64,000 bases of DNA, taken from Verrucomicrobiia bacterium (lineage in GTDB: Bacteria > Verrucomicrobiota > Verrucomicrobiia > Limisphaerales > JADJPG01). The position numbers and the translations under genes are program-made. Within the stretch, counting starts at the first letter, position 1. Each line of letters opens with the position of its first letter. Shown one piece after another: positions 1 through 11,177 of this stretch. The stretch spans positions 502-64,501 of the forward strand of contig DATLUX010000292.1 of assembly GCA_035577805.1 (NCBI GenBank), in the 5' to 3' direction. The notes under the pieces are model-generated. The model ran no database searches, was not told where the DNA came from, and saw only the letters and a list, made by a program, of their open reading frames with translations.

Positions 1-741
1 CAATGACTGCGCTTCTCGATACAACTCGGCCTCGCGCCGCTCCAGATCGGGGGCGGCAACCACGGTCACCCGCGCCGTGTCGTGGTATTGATTCTCGACG
101 ATGGCCACGCCAGCCAGGATCGGGGCGGCCTGCAGGGTGACGCGCGCGGCTGTGCGCAACACGTGTTCGTAGCCGAAACGGCTCGAGGCGATGTGATAAT
201 TGGCGGCTCCCAGCCGTTTACCCAGGCCGATCACCAGCATTTTGAGCAGCCCGCTGCCAATAACGTCGCTGCGGAAATCGGTATGGGGTTTAACCCGGTT
301 AATGACGATGACTCCATCAGCCGCCCACGCCGCTTCGCTGAAAAAGACCTCCACCTGATCGGGGGTGGTGCCGATGACGTGCGCTTCCATCGCCGCCTCG
401 AGCGGGATCCCCAAAGCGGCTTCGCTGATCCCGTATTCTGCCAGCAACTCGATCTGGCCTTGCGGTGTCGCTCCGCCATGACTGCCCATGGCCGGAACCA
501 CAAAGGGTTTCGCGCCGGCTGCCTTGAGAAACTCCACCACCGTGGCGACGATGGGTTGCAGATTCGAGATGCCGCGGCTGCCGACGCCCACGGCAATGCG
601 GGCGCCTGCCTTCAGCCGAGGCGCAAGCACGGGTAACTCGGCGCGCAGGACCGCACGCACGTCTACGGCCGCCGGGGCCGGGAAATTCTGGCGCACCGGC
701 ATCATTCGCGGAAAAGCCGGGAGATTCAGGGAAGGTTTCAT
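1..741 (-). CDS. Hypothetical protein, 3'-truncated by the window edge. It may be a distant LarA-N/DUF2088-like fold, but family assignment is uncertain.
   Basis: I translated the minus strand by hand from an ATG at 741..739. It reads MKPSLNLPAFPRMMPVRQNFPAPAAVDVRAVLRAELPVLAPRLKAGARIAVGVGSRGISNLQPIVATVVEFLKAAGAKPFVVPAMGSHGGATPQGQ... The sequence is globular, codon usage matches the neighbours, and there is no stop before position 1. It is absent from the ORF track only because it runs off the window. The + ORFs 82..636 and 488..922 are its antisense shadows. Confidence 0.6.
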   Translation of the reverse strand, partial: MKPSLNLPAFPRMMPVRQNFPAPAAVDVRAVLRAELPVLAPRLKAGARIAVGVGSRGISNLQPIVATVVEFLKAAGAKPFVVPAMGSHGGATPQGQIELLAEYGISEAALGIPLEAAMEAHVIGTTPDQVEVFFSEAAWAADGVIVINRVKPHTDFRSDVIGSGLLKMLVIGLGKRLGAANYHIASSRFGYEHVLRTAARVTLQAAPILAGVAIVENQYHDTARVTVVAAPDLERREAELYREAQSL

Positions 742-750
742 CCGCTTCGA

Positions 751-771
751 GCTATCGGCTATCGGCTATCG
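751..771. repeat. Heptanucleotide tandem repeat (GCTATCG)x3
   Basis: Three perfect copies, read directly, in the intergenic space between the LarA-like start and the sod stop. Confidence 0.8.
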
Positions 772-857
772 GCCATCCGTTTCGCTTGCCCGCCTTCGCC
801 CCACGGCTTCCCGGCTTCGCCTACGGGCTACGCCGTGGCAAGCGGGCGCGACGGCCG

Positions 858-877
858 CTTTCCGCTTTCCGCTTTGT
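858..877. repeat. Heptanucleotide tandem repeat (GCTTTCC)x2.5, the reverse complement of the GGAAAGC repeat at 45387
   Basis: The sequence reads gctttccgctttccgctttg immediately downstream of the sod stop. Confidence 0.7.
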
Positions 878-878
878 C

Positions 879-1592
879 TCAATCTTTGCTTTCGAATCGT
901 TCGGCCACGAAATCCCAGTTAATGATATTAAAAAAGGCGTTCACGTAGTCGGCCCGTTTGTTCTGGTACTTCAAATAGTAGGCGTGTTCCCACACGTCCA
1001 GCCCGAGGAGAACCTTCTGACCTTGGGTCAGGGGATTGTCCTGGTTGGGCGTTGAGACCACGCTGAGTTCGTTCTGGTCCTTGACCAGCCAGGCCCAACC
1101 GCTGCCAAACGTCTTGAGGGCCGCGCCGGTGAATTCCTCCTTGAACCCAGCGAAATTGCCAAATCGACGATCGATCGCGCGGGCCAACCCGCCTTTCGGT
1201 TCGCCGCCGCCGCCATTTTTCATCATCTGCCAGAACAGAGTGTGATTGTAATGGCCACCGCCGTTGTTGCGGACAGCGAGGCGGAGATTGCCTGGAATGT
1301 CCTCCAGGTGCCGCACGATTTCTTCGATGGATTTCTCCGCCAAAGCGCCCTGGCCGGCGAGGGCCTTGTTGAGATTGGTCACGTAGGTTTGATGATGGCG
1401 ATCGTGATGGATCTCCATCGTTTTGGCGTCGAGATGCGGCTCAAGCGCATCGAACGCATAAGGCAACGCCGGCAGCTTGAAGGGCCCCGCCGCCGCCGCT
1501 GGGGCTTGGGCGGACAAGGTTGCGGGCAGCGCCACGGACGCCGCCGCCACAGTCAACGCGGTTTTCTTGACCGCATCACGTCGGGTGATCAT
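879..1592 (-). CDS. sodA: Mn-type superoxide dismutase with a twin-arginine signal peptide (periplasmic or exported)
   Basis: The protein is 237 aa. The motifs [22 protein letters not shown] (GGH is the Mn-SOD-type second shell), FGSGWAWLV and DVWEHAYYL are all SOD hallmarks. The N-terminus [28 protein letters not shown] is a Tat signal (RRD). Confidence 0.9.
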   Translation of the reverse strand: MITRRDAVKKTALTVAAASVALPATLSAQAPAAAAGPFKLPALPYAFDALEPHLDAKTMEIHHDRHHQTYVTNLNKALAGQGALAEKSIEEIVRHLEDIPGNLRLAVRNNGGGHYNHTLFWQMMKNGGGGEPKGGLARAIDRRFGNFAGFKEEFTGAALKTFGSGWAWLVKDQNELSVVSTPNQDNPLTQGQKVLLGLDVWEHAYYLKYQNKRADYVNAFFNIINWDFVAERFESKD

Positions 1593-1801
1593 GAGGGAAT
1601 TCCTTTCGTTAAATGGTGGAACGTATGGCCGGAAATGTGACCAGCAGCCAGTCAGGATTCAACAGCTATTTTGGGAGAAATGATAGAGAACAGAAAAGGC
1701 CGAGGCGGAGAATAAGGGCAGAAAGATGGAGGGTGGAGCCTTTTTCAACCGTTTCATTTTTCTGCCAGGCAATTTTTCTGCCAACCCTTTCTGGCAAAGT
1801 T

Positions 1802-3010
1802 TCACCAGCTGTTTCTGAGCATTTCCAAAGAAAGCACGGCGTAACTTGTGACGAGCGCGGGATCTTTCTCCCACCAACGCCCGTTCTCGTTGGACCAGGA
1901 GCCGTCGCGTTGTTGCAGGTTAATCAGGCGCAGCGCCAGGTCCTTGCGCCAATCGATCGCTCGGCCATCCGGAAGATCAAGCCGCTGATCGCCGTGGGCG
2001 GTCAGAGCCTTGCTCATGGTGTGGAAATAATAATAAAGCCCCTGCGGCCCCATCCCGGGATTTTCGGCCAAAGTATAGTTGCGGCGCAACCAGTCGAACA
2101 CCGCAACCACCCGCGGGTCATCGGGTTTAAGATCGGCGTAGATATAACTCAACAATCCCGCATAGCTGATGCTCCCGTAGGAACGTAAAGTAACCCGGCC
2201 CGTCGTCTTGTTGGTCTCACCGCCGGCCATGCTTTGCCCCGGATAATAGATAAAGCCTCCACGGTCCTTCGGATCGCTGGAAACCCAGGCCTGCGAATTG
2301 GAGCCCGGCAGATTCTGGCAATTCTGCAGGAACGCCACCGCGGCACCCCAGTTGAGGTCCGGACTGTCGGCGAGCTTTTGGTCGGCCACCAGATAACGAG
2401 TATGATGTAAGGCTTCGAGCGCGGCGGCGGTGTTGGCCATGTCCGAGTGTTCGTAGCGGCTTCCGTAACCGATGCCGCCGTCAAAGACGTCGTCCGTCTT
2501 GCCTTTCACGCCGAAATCACGCTGGAGACTCACCAGAAACCGGCGGGCTTTCCGCAGATAAGGCTCGTATTCGGATCGCTGCGCCGCCAGCAATGCCATC
2601 ATGGAGATGGCGGTGTTGTAAGTAACGAGATTGCTCCGGTGAATCCCGCCGTCCGGTTGGGCGCAACCCAGCACATAACGATAGCCGCGGGTCAATACCG
2701 GCGTTTCTGGTCCGCGTTCCGGGGTCCGGCCTTGCAGGGCCGTCAGGGCCAAAGCGGTGACGGCGGGTTGATCCGGCGTGGACCACCAGCCATTGGAGTT
2801 CTGATTGTTGGATAACCAGAGCAGGCCCCGTTCGATGGCATGATCGATCTCGTGTCCGACCGAGAGGTTCTGGGTGAACGCCGCCGGGGTGGTCGGCCGG
2901 ATTACTTCGGGCTCGGGCGATTGTTCGGCGGCAACCAGCGGCAGCGCGACGGACCAAAGCGCGCAACCCAGAAATGATTTAAGCGAGCGGACCAGGACAA
3001 CGGTTTTCAT
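1802..3010 (-). CDS. Secreted prenyltransferase/squalene-oxidase-repeat (alpha-alpha toroid) protein
   Basis: The protein is 402 aa with a signal peptide. It has repeated QW-type motifs ([17 protein letters not shown]) and aromatic-rich repeats typical of the terpenoid cyclase / protein prenyltransferase superfamily, which is common in secreted PVC proteins. Confidence 0.75.
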   Translation of the reverse strand: MKTVVLVRSLKSFLGCALWSVALPLVAAEQSPEPEVIRPTTPAAFTQNLSVGHEIDHAIERGLLWLSNNQNSNGWWSTPDQPAVTALALTALQGRTPERGPETPVLTRGYRYVLGCAQPDGGIHRSNLVTYNTAISMMALLAAQRSEYEPYLRKARRFLVSLQRDFGVKGKTDDVFDGGIGYGSRYEHSDMANTAAALEALHHTRYLVADQKLADSPDLNWGAAVAFLQNCQNLPGSNSQAWVSSDPKDRGGFIYYPGQSMAGGETNKTTGRVTLRSYGSISYAGLLSYIYADLKPDDPRVVAVFDWLRRNYTLAENPGMGPQGLYYYFHTMSKALTAHGDQRLDLPDGRAIDWRKDLALRLINLQQRDGSWSNENGRWWEKDPALVTSYAVLSLEMLRNSW

Positions 3011-3167
3011 ACGTGCTGTGACTCAATCGAGCGAACCATTGAAGAATGCCATGGACCCGGGCTTGTTCAAGCAATCAACCTGGCTGTGGCGAGAAGCCAT
3101 CTTTGATCTCGACGAGAACCGGCGACTGAAGGATAGAGGAGGCTTCAACAGGCAGACCGAGAACAAC

Positions 3168-6100
3168 ATGACGCGGATCACGAATCACTTCTTTCCGAGG
3201 CGCTGCTGGAGGCGCGGACTATCTCTTCTGGCGGCTCTGCTGCTTATTAGGACGCCCGCCGGTCCCGCGCAAACGCCAGGGAACGGCCCGATTGGCCCGC
3301 TGCCGCCAGCGGCCGCTCAACCGATCGATTTCGTCCGCGATATCCAACCGATCTTCGCTCGAAACTGTTATGGCTGTCATGGACCGCAACGCCAGGAGGC
3401 AGCTTTTCGGCTCGACGCGAAAGACGTCGCCCTGCAAGGCGGCGATCTGGGAACGGCCATCATTCCTGGGCGCAGCGCGGACAGTTTATTGGTTCAATTT
3501 GTGGCGGGAGCAGTTCCGGACAAGGTCATGCCGCGCAAAGGCGATCGATTAACGGCCGCGCAAGTGGGGTTGATCCGGGCCTGGATCGATCAGGGAGCCG
3601 TCTGGCCCGAGGAAGCCTCGGTAAAAGTTCCCAACAAACGGGATCACTGGGCGTTCAAGACGCCGGTGCGCCCGCCTTGGCCGTCCGTCCAGAACAAAGC
3701 CTGGGTTCGGAATCCCATCGATCAATTTGTCCTGGCCCGGCTGGAACGGGATGGTCTGAGCCCATCGCCCGAGGCGGATCGTCCCACGCTTATCCGGCGG
3801 TTGTCGTTGGATCTGCTGGGGCTTCCGCCCACACCCAAGGAAGTGGACGATTTTGTGAACGAGGCCCGGCCCAAAGCGTACGGAGAGGTGGTGGATCGAC
3901 TATTGCGTTCTCCGCATTACGGCGAACGCTGGGGCCGCCATTGGCTCGATGCAGCCCGTTATGCCGACAGCAACGGGTACGAAAAGGATCGGGCCCGTCT
4001 GATTTGGGCCTATCGCGACTGGGTCATCCGCGCCTTCAACCGCGATCTGCCCTTCGATCAATTCACCAAGGAACAACTGGGCGGGGACCTCCTGCCGGGC
4101 GCCACGCCCGAGCAGGTGACCGCGACCGGATTCCTCCGCAATTCCATGTTGAATCAGGAAGGCGGGATTGAGCCCGAACAATTCCGGATCGACGCCATGA
4201 TCGATCGCATGGACGCCGTCGGCAAAGCCTGGCTGGGCTTAACCATCAGTTGCGCCCAGTGCCACAACCACAAATACGATCCCATCTCCCAGAAGGAGTA
4301 CTACCGGCTCTTCGCCTTCCTCAACAATGACGACGAACCGTTTGTCGAGGTGCCGACTGAGGCGCAACAAAAACAGCGCACGCAGATCCGCGAGCAGGCT
4401 CGCGAGATCGAAAGCCGCGCCCGGCGCGAGTCGACGAACCTGATCGAACGCATGAACGCCTGGGAACGGGGCCTGGCCGATCCCCGTTTGACCGGAAACT
4501 GGACCGTGCTCGACCCGCAGGAAGTGCTGAGCAACCCGGTAAAATACGAAAAGCAATCGGATCTATCGTTGCTTGGGGGTGGCGATGTTTACGCCGAGGT
4601 CACCGCCAAGATCTGGGCCGAAACGCCCTTGACGAATCTGACCGGCTTCCGCTTGGAAGCGTTGCGGCATCCCAACCTGCCTTATGGCGGACCGGGGATT
4701 CTGGGCAAAGCCACGTTTCATTTGGCCGAGTTCACCGTCGAAGCCTACGCCTCGCAGCAGCCTACGGTGACCAACCAACTGAAGTTCCGGCGAGCCCTGG
4801 CGGATGCCCAGGCGCCCGGCTTCGCTGTCACCAATGCCATCGATGGCGACACGGCCAAAGGCGGGTGGTCCAACGAATTTGGCCCGAGCCGGCGTCACGA
4901 CGAGCGCCGGGCAGTTTTCGAATGCGCCGAACCGTTCCCGGGCTTTCCCGGAGGCACGAAACTGGTTTTCACCCTCTACATGCGCGGTTTGAAGGATACC
5001 AAGCTGGATTGCGCCACCATCGGGCGCATCCGCTTGAGCGTGACCACGCAGCCTGCGCCGCTGGCAGTTGACCCCTTGACCACGGCGCAACGTCAATGGT
5101 TGGCCATCCCGGTGGCTGAACGAACGCCGGAGCAAACGCGCGAGTTGTTTACGGTGTTTCGCCAGCACGACCCGGCTCTGGCCGGCGTGACCCGGGAGAT
5201 CGATCAGGCCTACACCAATTGGCCGGACGCGGCGACCACCCTCGTGCTCAAACCACGGGCCGAGCCGCGGCATACGCGGGTCTTCAAACGAGGCGACTGG
5301 CAGAAACAAGCCGAGGAAGTGCAGGCCGACGTGCCGGCCGTCCTGCATCCTTTTCCTGCGGATGCGCCGCGGAACCGGCTCGGCTTGGCGGCTTGGTTGG
5401 TGGATCGGCGCAGCCCGACCACCGCGCGTGTGATCGTGAACCGCATCTGGCAGGCCTATTTCGGCCAGGGCTTGTTCACCACCCCTGAGGACATCGGCAC
5501 TCGCGTCGATCCACCGTCTCATCCGGAGTTGCTCGATTGGCTGGCCTGCGAGTTTATGGACCGCGGTTGGAGTTTTAAGGAAATGCATCGGTTGATCACC
5601 GACTCGGCGACTTACCGCCAGACGTCGCGACTCACCCCCGCGCTGTTGGAGAAAGATCCTTATGACCGTTTGCTGACACGCGGGCCGCGCTTCCGCGTCG
5701 AGGCCGAGATTGTGCAGGATATCGCGCTGGCGGCCAGCGGGCTGTTGAACCCAAAGATCGGCGGCCCCAGCGTTTATCCGCCGATTCCGAGCAGCGTCGG
5801 CGACCAGGTTTACGGTGGGTTCAGCTGGCCGGAAAGCAAGGGAGCCGATCGCTATCGGCGCGGCATGTATACTTTTTGGAAACGTTCATTGCCTTTCCCG
5901 ACTTTGCTGGCGTTCGACGCGCCGCCCGCGGAGACGTCCTGCACGCGACGCACCCGCTCCAACACGCCCCTCCAGGCCTTGGTGACCTTGAACGAAAAAA
6001 CTTACGTGGAAGCAGCGCAAGCGATGGGATTGCGCGTGCTCCGAGAGGGCGGGCCCGACAATCCCAGCCGCGCCACCTACGCTTTTCGTCTCGCCACCGG

Positions 6101-6311
6101 ACGCCTTCCCACCGAGCGCGAATTGCGCGCCCTGCTGGATTTTTGGGAGGAGCAATATCGGTACTTTGAGGAACGCACCGCCGACGCCTTGCAGATCGCT
6201 CTCAGCGATCCAAAGGATGTTCCCAAGGAAGTGAACATTCACAAGGCCGCGGCCTGGGCGATGCTGGCGCGGGCGGTGCTGAACCTGGACGAGACCATCA
6301 CCAAAGAGTGA
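3168..6311 (+). CDS. PSCyt1-DUF1549-DUF1553 (planctomycete cytochrome c-like plus PSD) family protein
   Basis: The track ORF is 2874..6311. I prefer the start at 3168 ([35 protein letters not shown], a signal peptide), because the upstream extension overlaps the prenyltransferase gene. An ATG at 3051 is an alternative. The motifs are [17 protein letters not shown] (PSCyt1 CxxCH), [26 protein letters not shown] (DUF1549) and [28 protein letters not shown] (DUF1553). Confidence 0.85.
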   Translation: MTRITNHFFPRRCWRRGLSLLAALLLIRTPAGPAQTPGNGPIGPLPPAAAQPIDFVRDIQPIFARNCYGCHGPQRQEAAFRLDAKDVALQGGDLGTAIIPGRSADSLLVQFVAGAVPDKVMPRKGDRLTAAQVGLIRAWIDQGAVWPEEASVKVPNKRDHWAFKTPVRPPWPSVQNKAWVRNPIDQFVLARLERDGLSPSPEADRPTLIRRLSLDLLGLPPTPKEVDDFVNEARPKAYGEVVDRLLRSPHYGERWGRHWLDAARYADSNGYEKDRARLIWAYRDWVIRAFNRDLPFDQFTKEQLGGDLLPGATPEQVTATGFLRNSMLNQEGGIEPEQFRIDAMIDRMDAVGKAWLGLTISCAQCHNHKYDPISQKEYYRLFAFLNNDDEPFVEVPTEAQQKQRTQIREQAREIESRARRESTNLIERMNAWERGLADPRLTGNWTVLDPQEVLSNPVKYEKQSDLSLLGGGDVYAEVTAKIWAETPLTNLTGFRLEALRHPNLPYGGPGILGKATFHLAEFTVEAYASQQPTVTNQLKFRRALADAQAPGFAVTNAIDGDTAKGGWSNEFGPSRRHDERRAVFECAEPFPGFPGGTKLVFTLYMRGLKDTKLDCATIGRIRLSVTTQPAPLAVDPLTTAQRQWLAIPVAERTPEQTRELFTVFRQHDPALAGVTREIDQAYTNWPDAATTLVLKPRAEPRHTRVFKRGDWQKQAEEVQADVPAVLHPFPADAPRNRLGLAAWLVDRRSPTTARVIVNRIWQAYFGQGLFTTPEDIGTRVDPPSHPELLDWLACEFMDRGWSFKEMHRLITDSATYRQTSRLTPALLEKDPYDRLLTRGPRFRVEAEIVQDIALAASGLLNPKIGGPSVYPPIPSSVGDQVYGGFSWPESKGADRYRRGMYTFWKRSLPFPTLLAFDAPPAETSCTRRTRSNTPLQALVTLNEKTYVEAAQAMGLRVLREGGPDNPSRATYAFRLATGRLPTERELRALLDFWEEQYRYFEERTADALQIALSDPKDVPKEVNIHKAAAWAMLARAVLNLDETITKE

Positions 6312-6315
6312 CGTC

Positions 6316-9300
6316 TCACCGCAAGGACTGCAGGAACGCGAGCAGGTCGCTGAACTCTGACGCGCTAAGCGCTTGCTCCAGTCCTTCCGGCATGAGCGAA
6401 AGGAATTGCCGGCGCAACTCCAGGATCTCCTCACGCGGGAATCGGCGTTCCCCTCCACTCGTCTCGCGCAGCATCACCCCCTCGGCCGATTGTTCGGCCA
6501 ACCAACCGCTCCATTCCGTCCCGTCCTTGGTCGTCACTGCATAAGGCTCGTAGCCTTGAGCGAAGGTGGCGCTGGGGAACAGGATCGCTTCCAGAATGTC
6601 TCGGCCCGATCGGATTAACCCGAGCCGCGTCAGGTCAGGACCGATCTGTCCGCCGGCGCCACCAATGGCGTGACAGACGGAACATCCAGCTTTGGGACCG
6701 TAAAACACGTTCCGGCCGGCTTCCGGTGAACCGCCCTGAAGCAGCGCGGCAAAACGATCGAACCGGGCCCGCTGCTTCACCGCGAGCGTCTGCGGGACCA
6801 TCCCGCTGCGCATGGCCGTCGCCCGTGAGCGCGACGGCTCCGGTAGCCGTTCCAGGAACACCGCGAATTCGCGCTCCTCGGGCCGCCACCCGGCGTCGAA
6901 CCAATGGCCAACCACCTCCACCAATGCAGAAGCATCCGCGGCTGAAACAGACCGCCGGAAAGTCTGCAGGAATCGCATGGGAGAAACGACCGACGTGTTG
7001 GTGATCGTAGTCAACAGCTGCAGCAACTGGGCATCCGTCAATTGGCATCGTGAAAGTGCATCCGTGGCCGCGAAGGCGAGCACCGGATCTGAACCCGGAC
7101 GCACCAGCCCAAGCAGCCACCCGAACAGATCCGAGGCCGGTTCCGGTTGCTGCAAAAGAAGGGCACGAGCGGCTTCCACGCGGAGTGCGGGCGATTGATT
7201 GGTGTCCCGCGCGAGTTGCCTCAACGGATCGTTCAACCGCCAGGCCGGGGCCGGCCAGCGCGCCGCGGCGCGGGCCGCTAAAAGACGGACCCGGGCTTCA
7301 GGTTGGGCCAGTGCCATGGCCATGCCGTCGATCCAACCGGCCGGCGGTCTTTCCAGCGCGCTACGGGGCAGGACTTCCAATAATGTCGCCACGGTTGAGA
7401 CGGAACCAGTCTGCAGGATTTTCGTGACGGTTTCCTGCACGTTCGTGGATCGCTCGAAAGCCAGGAACAAGGCCTTCCATCCTGCGGGCGGCAGACGCTC
7501 TGGAGCGCGGTCAGTCGAAGTCTCGACCTGTGGTCCGCTCCGAAGAACCGAGCTGGCTTCGAAGGCCCATTCGGGTCGTTGCCGAAGCAGTTCCAACGAC
7601 GTGTTGCGCAGCTGAAGATCAGATCCACTCAGAGTGCTCAGCAACAGGCCGGCGGTCAGGGCAGAGCGCGGTCTGGGCGGTTGCGCCAGCAAACGGAGCG
7701 CGGCTTCCTGAATGCGTGGAGAATCATTCTTCAGGGCCGTGCGCAATGTGCTTTCATCTGCCAACCAATGCGCGGCGTGGACGAGGGCGTGAACGAGCAA
7801 CGGGTCGGGCGCGGGCGCATTGGTCAACGCGTGCCAGATCGCTGAAAGAGACTCCGAGGTGCCGCCATGGGCCAGCGCTTGAGCCGCGGCCAGGCGCAGG
7901 TGCGGCTCAGGCCTCCGCAGCATTTTCTCGAGAGCACGGGCCGCGCCGCGTTCAGGGCGGATGGCCAGCACGCGCGCGGCCGTCGCGGCTACTTCCATAT
8001 CCCCGTCGTCCAGCAACTCGCGCAGAAATTCGCCGGCGGCTGCAGACTTGCAAGCGGTCAACGTCCAGACTCCGCCAAGGCGCGCCACGCGGTTGGTGGA
8101 CTCCCGCAGCCATGAACGCAGCTGGCCAAGGATTGAATCGCCGCCTGCGGCCAGCCGCTGCTGAGCACGGGCTCGGGCGGCTGGACGCACGTCGGCCAGA
8201 TGTTCCAAGGTGTTCGCGACCGGCATCCGCGGCCAATCTTCTTTCAACCCCCACGGATCCGTCACGGGCGCCGCGTCGCGGGCGCGCACACGGTAAATGC
8301 CGCCGGTGGCCGGTGAATTCCGGATTCGGCCGGTTGGACAATGGTGAACGTACCAGCTGCCGGTATCGATCACGAGCAGACTGCCATCGGCATCTTCCAG
8401 AACGTCGGACGGATGAAAGTCCGGGTCATCGCTCGTTACGAAATCCGTGTCTTCGGTGCGGTAGGAGGCCCCGTGTCGGAGCAGTTGGTGTCGGCCAATT
8501 TTGCGCGAATTATGTTGGGCAGAGAAGAGTTGCCCTTGCAGCGATGGGCTGGTGCCGCGGTAGAGCTCGAGTCCGCTTAAGGCGACCGCCGGGAAAAGGG
8601 CAATGGCGGGAAGCGGCGGGCCCGTCACAGGTTGGGGTGTGCCGCGATCGGGCGCATAGGGATAGAGCCCGCCTGCCACGAGATGAACGAGGGCATCCCG
8701 GATGCCGCCCACGGGCCGTTGAAACCAATTATCGGTGCCGATCATTTCGCCTCCCGGGGTGAAGATGAGTTCGACCAGATTTTCGAACCCGCGGCACAGC
8801 ACGGTCACTTCCGAACCGTCGGGTCGGCAGCGCAAGAGAGCTCCGCTGGAGCCTTCCAGGGTTGAACCGTCCGCGCGCCGCAGCTTATAACCGTCCGGCT
8901 CTCCCAGGGTGAAATAAAGCCAGCCATCCGGACCAAAGATCAGGCCGTGCAAGCTACCGTTGTCCGTGTGACCAAAGCCGGTGAGCAGCACCTGGCGTCG
9001 ATCGGCGCGGCCATCCCCGTCGGTGTCCTCGAGCGTGATCAAGTCAGGCGGATCGGCCACGTAGAGTTTGCCGTCGCGCCAAGCCAGGCCCATCGGGAAC
9101 ACGAGCTGATCGGCAAAGACGGTGGCTGATTCGAAGACGCCGTCGCCATCCCGATCTTCGAGCAGTTGGATCCGGCAGCGGCGGGTTAACGCCGAGAGTT
9201 CGGCGTAAAGATCCAGACCCGACGATTCTGCGACGAACAACCGCCCCCGCTCATCGAACGCGGCGAACATGGGAAACTTTACGAGCGGCGCGGCAGCGAC

Positions 9301-9399
9301 CCGCGCGATGGTGAATCCCTCCGGCACGCGCGGTTCGTCGGCATCCGATGATGCCGCGGCCAGGAACACGGCCAGAAGAAACAGTAGAAGAGCGCGCAT
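6316..9399 (-). CDS. PVC-type membrane-bound dehydrogenase-like beta-propeller plus HEAT-repeat plus C-terminal cytochrome c (putative heme-binding domain) protein
   Basis: The track ORF extends to 9495. The signal peptide MRALLLFLLAVFLAAASSDA begins at an ATG at 9399..9397. The N-terminal region is sorbosone/glucose-dehydrogenase-like (DTDGDGRAD). The middle has HEAT/Arm-like repeats. The C-terminus has CSVCHAIGGAGGQIGPDL (CxxCH heme c). Confidence 0.8.
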   Translation of the reverse strand: MRALLLFLLAVFLAAASSDADEPRVPEGFTIARVAAAPLVKFPMFAAFDERGRLFVAESSGLDLYAELSALTRRCRIQLLEDRDGDGVFESATVFADQLVFPMGLAWRDGKLYVADPPDLITLEDTDGDGRADRRQVLLTGFGHTDNGSLHGLIFGPDGWLYFTLGEPDGYKLRRADGSTLEGSSGALLRCRPDGSEVTVLCRGFENLVELIFTPGGEMIGTDNWFQRPVGGIRDALVHLVAGGLYPYAPDRGTPQPVTGPPLPAIALFPAVALSGLELYRGTSPSLQGQLFSAQHNSRKIGRHQLLRHGASYRTEDTDFVTSDDPDFHPSDVLEDADGSLLVIDTGSWYVHHCPTGRIRNSPATGGIYRVRARDAAPVTDPWGLKEDWPRMPVANTLEHLADVRPAARARAQQRLAAGGDSILGQLRSWLRESTNRVARLGGVWTLTACKSAAAGEFLRELLDDGDMEVAATAARVLAIRPERGAARALEKMLRRPEPHLRLAAAQALAHGGTSESLSAIWHALTNAPAPDPLLVHALVHAAHWLADESTLRTALKNDSPRIQEAALRLLAQPPRPRSALTAGLLLSTLSGSDLQLRNTSLELLRQRPEWAFEASSVLRSGPQVETSTDRAPERLPPAGWKALFLAFERSTNVQETVTKILQTGSVSTVATLLEVLPRSALERPPAGWIDGMAMALAQPEARVRLLAARAAARWPAPAWRLNDPLRQLARDTNQSPALRVEAARALLLQQPEPASDLFGWLLGLVRPGSDPVLAFAATDALSRCQLTDAQLLQLLTTITNTSVVSPMRFLQTFRRSVSAADASALVEVVGHWFDAGWRPEEREFAVFLERLPEPSRSRATAMRSGMVPQTLAVKQRARFDRFAALLQGGSPEAGRNVFYGPKAGCSVCHAIGGAGGQIGPDLTRLGLIRSGRDILEAILFPSATFAQGYEPYAVTTKDGTEWSGWLAEQSAEGVMLRETSGGERRFPREEILELRRQFLSLMPEGLEQALSASEFSDLLAFLQSLR

Positions 9400-9426
9400 G
9401 ATGAAAGACCCCACCAACCTAGAAGT

Positions 9427-9577
9427 CATCTCATAAATAGACAATGACGGCCCGCGAAGGATTTTAGCGGCTGGCGAGGCGCGAGGAGGGAGCATATCCG
9501 CAGCGATCTGTGACCGACGAGCAACGAAGCGAGCCGCTAAAAGACTCGCGGGACGACGATGGCTATTTATGAGATGG
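9427..9577. repeat. Imperfect inverted repeat pair (~46 bp arms, ~56 bp spacer) in a divergent promoter region; possibly MITE-like or regulatory
   Basis: The left arm at 9427-9474 is ATCTCATAAATAGACAATGACGGCCCGCGAAGGATTTTAGCGGCTGG. The reverse complement of the right arm at 9531-9577, GAGCCGCTAAAAGACTCGCGGGACGACGATGGCTATTTATGAGATGG, matches it closely (shared AGCCGCTAAAA and CTATTTATGAGAT ends). Confidence 0.6.
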
Positions 9578-9792
9578 CTTCAACGGACCAGAGGCAACCC
9601 GGGGAAGCGCGAACTCGGCCGACCGCCCAACCGTTGAGCTTGCGGCTATTCTCTAATGCCTAACAACAGGGCAGGCATCGGCTTCAGGGCAGTGTCTAAA
9701 CGGCAACGGCGTCCGGGTTGTAAAAAAATGGTAATCGCGGATTACGCGGATGACACGGATGAAGAATGCTGCCAGACTGACGAGGTCGAACT

Positions 9793-11166
9793 GTGAACGC
9801 TTCCGGCTTCCTTTCTATTGCGTCGTGTTTGTGCTTGGTAGCACGCCTGGCCTGCGCCGGGCCTGCGCCTGAGCCTAGGCCGGCTTCAGCGGGGCCCGCT
9901 CCGAGTTCCGATGCGCTTAGGTTTTGGCCGCAATGGCGCGGGCCGCTGGCCAACGGAGTGGCGCCTCAGGCCAATCCGCCGGTGCATTGGAGCGAGAGCA
10001 GCAATGTTCACTGGAAAATTCTTTTGCCCGGGAAAGGGCATTCCACGCCCATCATCTGGGACGATCTAATTTTCCTCACGGCGGCGATCCCGGTGGGCAA
10101 GCCGGTCGAGCCGGTCTACGACCATGCGCCTGGCACCCATGACAATGTGCCGGTGAGCCAGACCCATCAGTTTGTGGTGGTGGCCATCAGTCGGGCGGAT
10201 GGATCGATTGTCTGGCAGCGCAGCGTGCGCGAAGAATTCCCGCATGAAGGCGGTCATCAGACCGGCAGCCTGGCGTCGAATTCGGCCGTCACGGACGGCG
10301 AACGGTTAGTGGCGTTCTTCGGGTCGCGCGGTTTGTATTGTTTGGACCTGAACGGGGCCGTGCAATGGCAGAAGGACCTGGGCCGCATGCAGACGTTGCA
10401 TGCTCATGGCGAAGGCAGTTCGCCGGTGCTCCATGGAGACTGGCTGATCCTCAACTGGGATCATGAGGGCGATTCTTTTCTCTACGCGTTCGACAAGCGC
10501 ACCGGGATCGAACGCTGGAAAGTGGCGCGAGACGACAAGACGTCCTGGTCCACCCCGTTGGTGGTGGAGCAGGCCGGGAAGTTTCAGGTGGTGATCAGTG
10601 CCACCAGACGCGTGCGCGGTTATGAGCTTGAGACCGGCAAACTGCTCTGGGAATGTGCGGGGCTTTCGCGCAATGTGGTGTCCTCGCCGGTGGCCGGCTG
10701 GGGCATGGTTTATGCCGGCAACAGTTACGATTGGCAGGCCATGTTGGGCATCCGACTGGAGGGCGCGCGCGGCGATATTACGGACACCGTTCACGTCGCC
10801 TGGAAACTCACCCGGCTGACGCCCTATGTGTCTTCCCCGTTGTTATACGATGATTCCCTTTACTTCGTGCGCCACAACCAGAACGTGTTCTCGCGGCTGG
10901 ATGCGCGCACGGGCAGACTCCGCGGGGAGCCCGTGCGGCTGGAAGGCATCCGCGAGATCTTTGCCTCGCCGGTGGGCGCGGCTGGGCGCATCTACATCGC
11001 TGGCCGGGACGGCGTCACGATCGTCGTGCGCCACGGCAAACCCGAAGAAACCCTGGCGGTGAATCAGTTGGAGGACGCGTTCAGCGCCTCGCCGGTTTTA
11101 GTGGATCGCGAGCTTTATCTGCGGGGGGAAAAATTCCTGTATTGCATCACCGAAGCGAAGCGATAA
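9793..11166 (+). CDS. PQQ-like beta-propeller repeat protein (BamB/quinoprotein-like fold), secreted
   Basis: The protein is 457 aa with a signal peptide. It has repeated W-containing beta-propeller blades (WPQWRGP, IVWQRSV, VQWQKDL, ERWKV, LLWEC, VAWKL). Confidence 0.7.
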   Translation: MNASGFLSIASCLCLVARLACAGPAPEPRPASAGPAPSSDALRFWPQWRGPLANGVAPQANPPVHWSESSNVHWKILLPGKGHSTPIIWDDLIFLTAAIPVGKPVEPVYDHAPGTHDNVPVSQTHQFVVVAISRADGSIVWQRSVREEFPHEGGHQTGSLASNSAVTDGERLVAFFGSRGLYCLDLNGAVQWQKDLGRMQTLHAHGEGSSPVLHGDWLILNWDHEGDSFLYAFDKRTGIERWKVARDDKTSWSTPLVVEQAGKFQVVISATRRVRGYELETGKLLWECAGLSRNVVSSPVAGWGMVYAGNSYDWQAMLGIRLEGARGDITDTVHVAWKLTRLTPYVSSPLLYDDSLYFVRHNQNVFSRLDARTGRLRGEPVRLEGIREIFASPVGAAGRIYIAGRDGVTIVVRHGKPEETLAVNQLEDAFSASPVLVDRELYLRGEKFLYCITEAKR

Positions 11167-11177
11167 GCAGGTCGGGT

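Noticed and set aside
82-922. Plus-strand ORFs 82..636 and 488..922 at the window start
   Set aside because: The minus strand here encodes a convincing globular protein from an ATG at 741, verified by hand translation. The plus ORFs are its shadows.
4563-5588. 341-aa minus-strand ORF, and other ORFs inside 2874..9495 (for example 7530..8762 +)
   Set aside because: They are antisense or alternative-frame ORFs within the PSCyt1-DUF1553 and HEAT/cytochrome genes, with Arg/Pro/Gly-rich noise.
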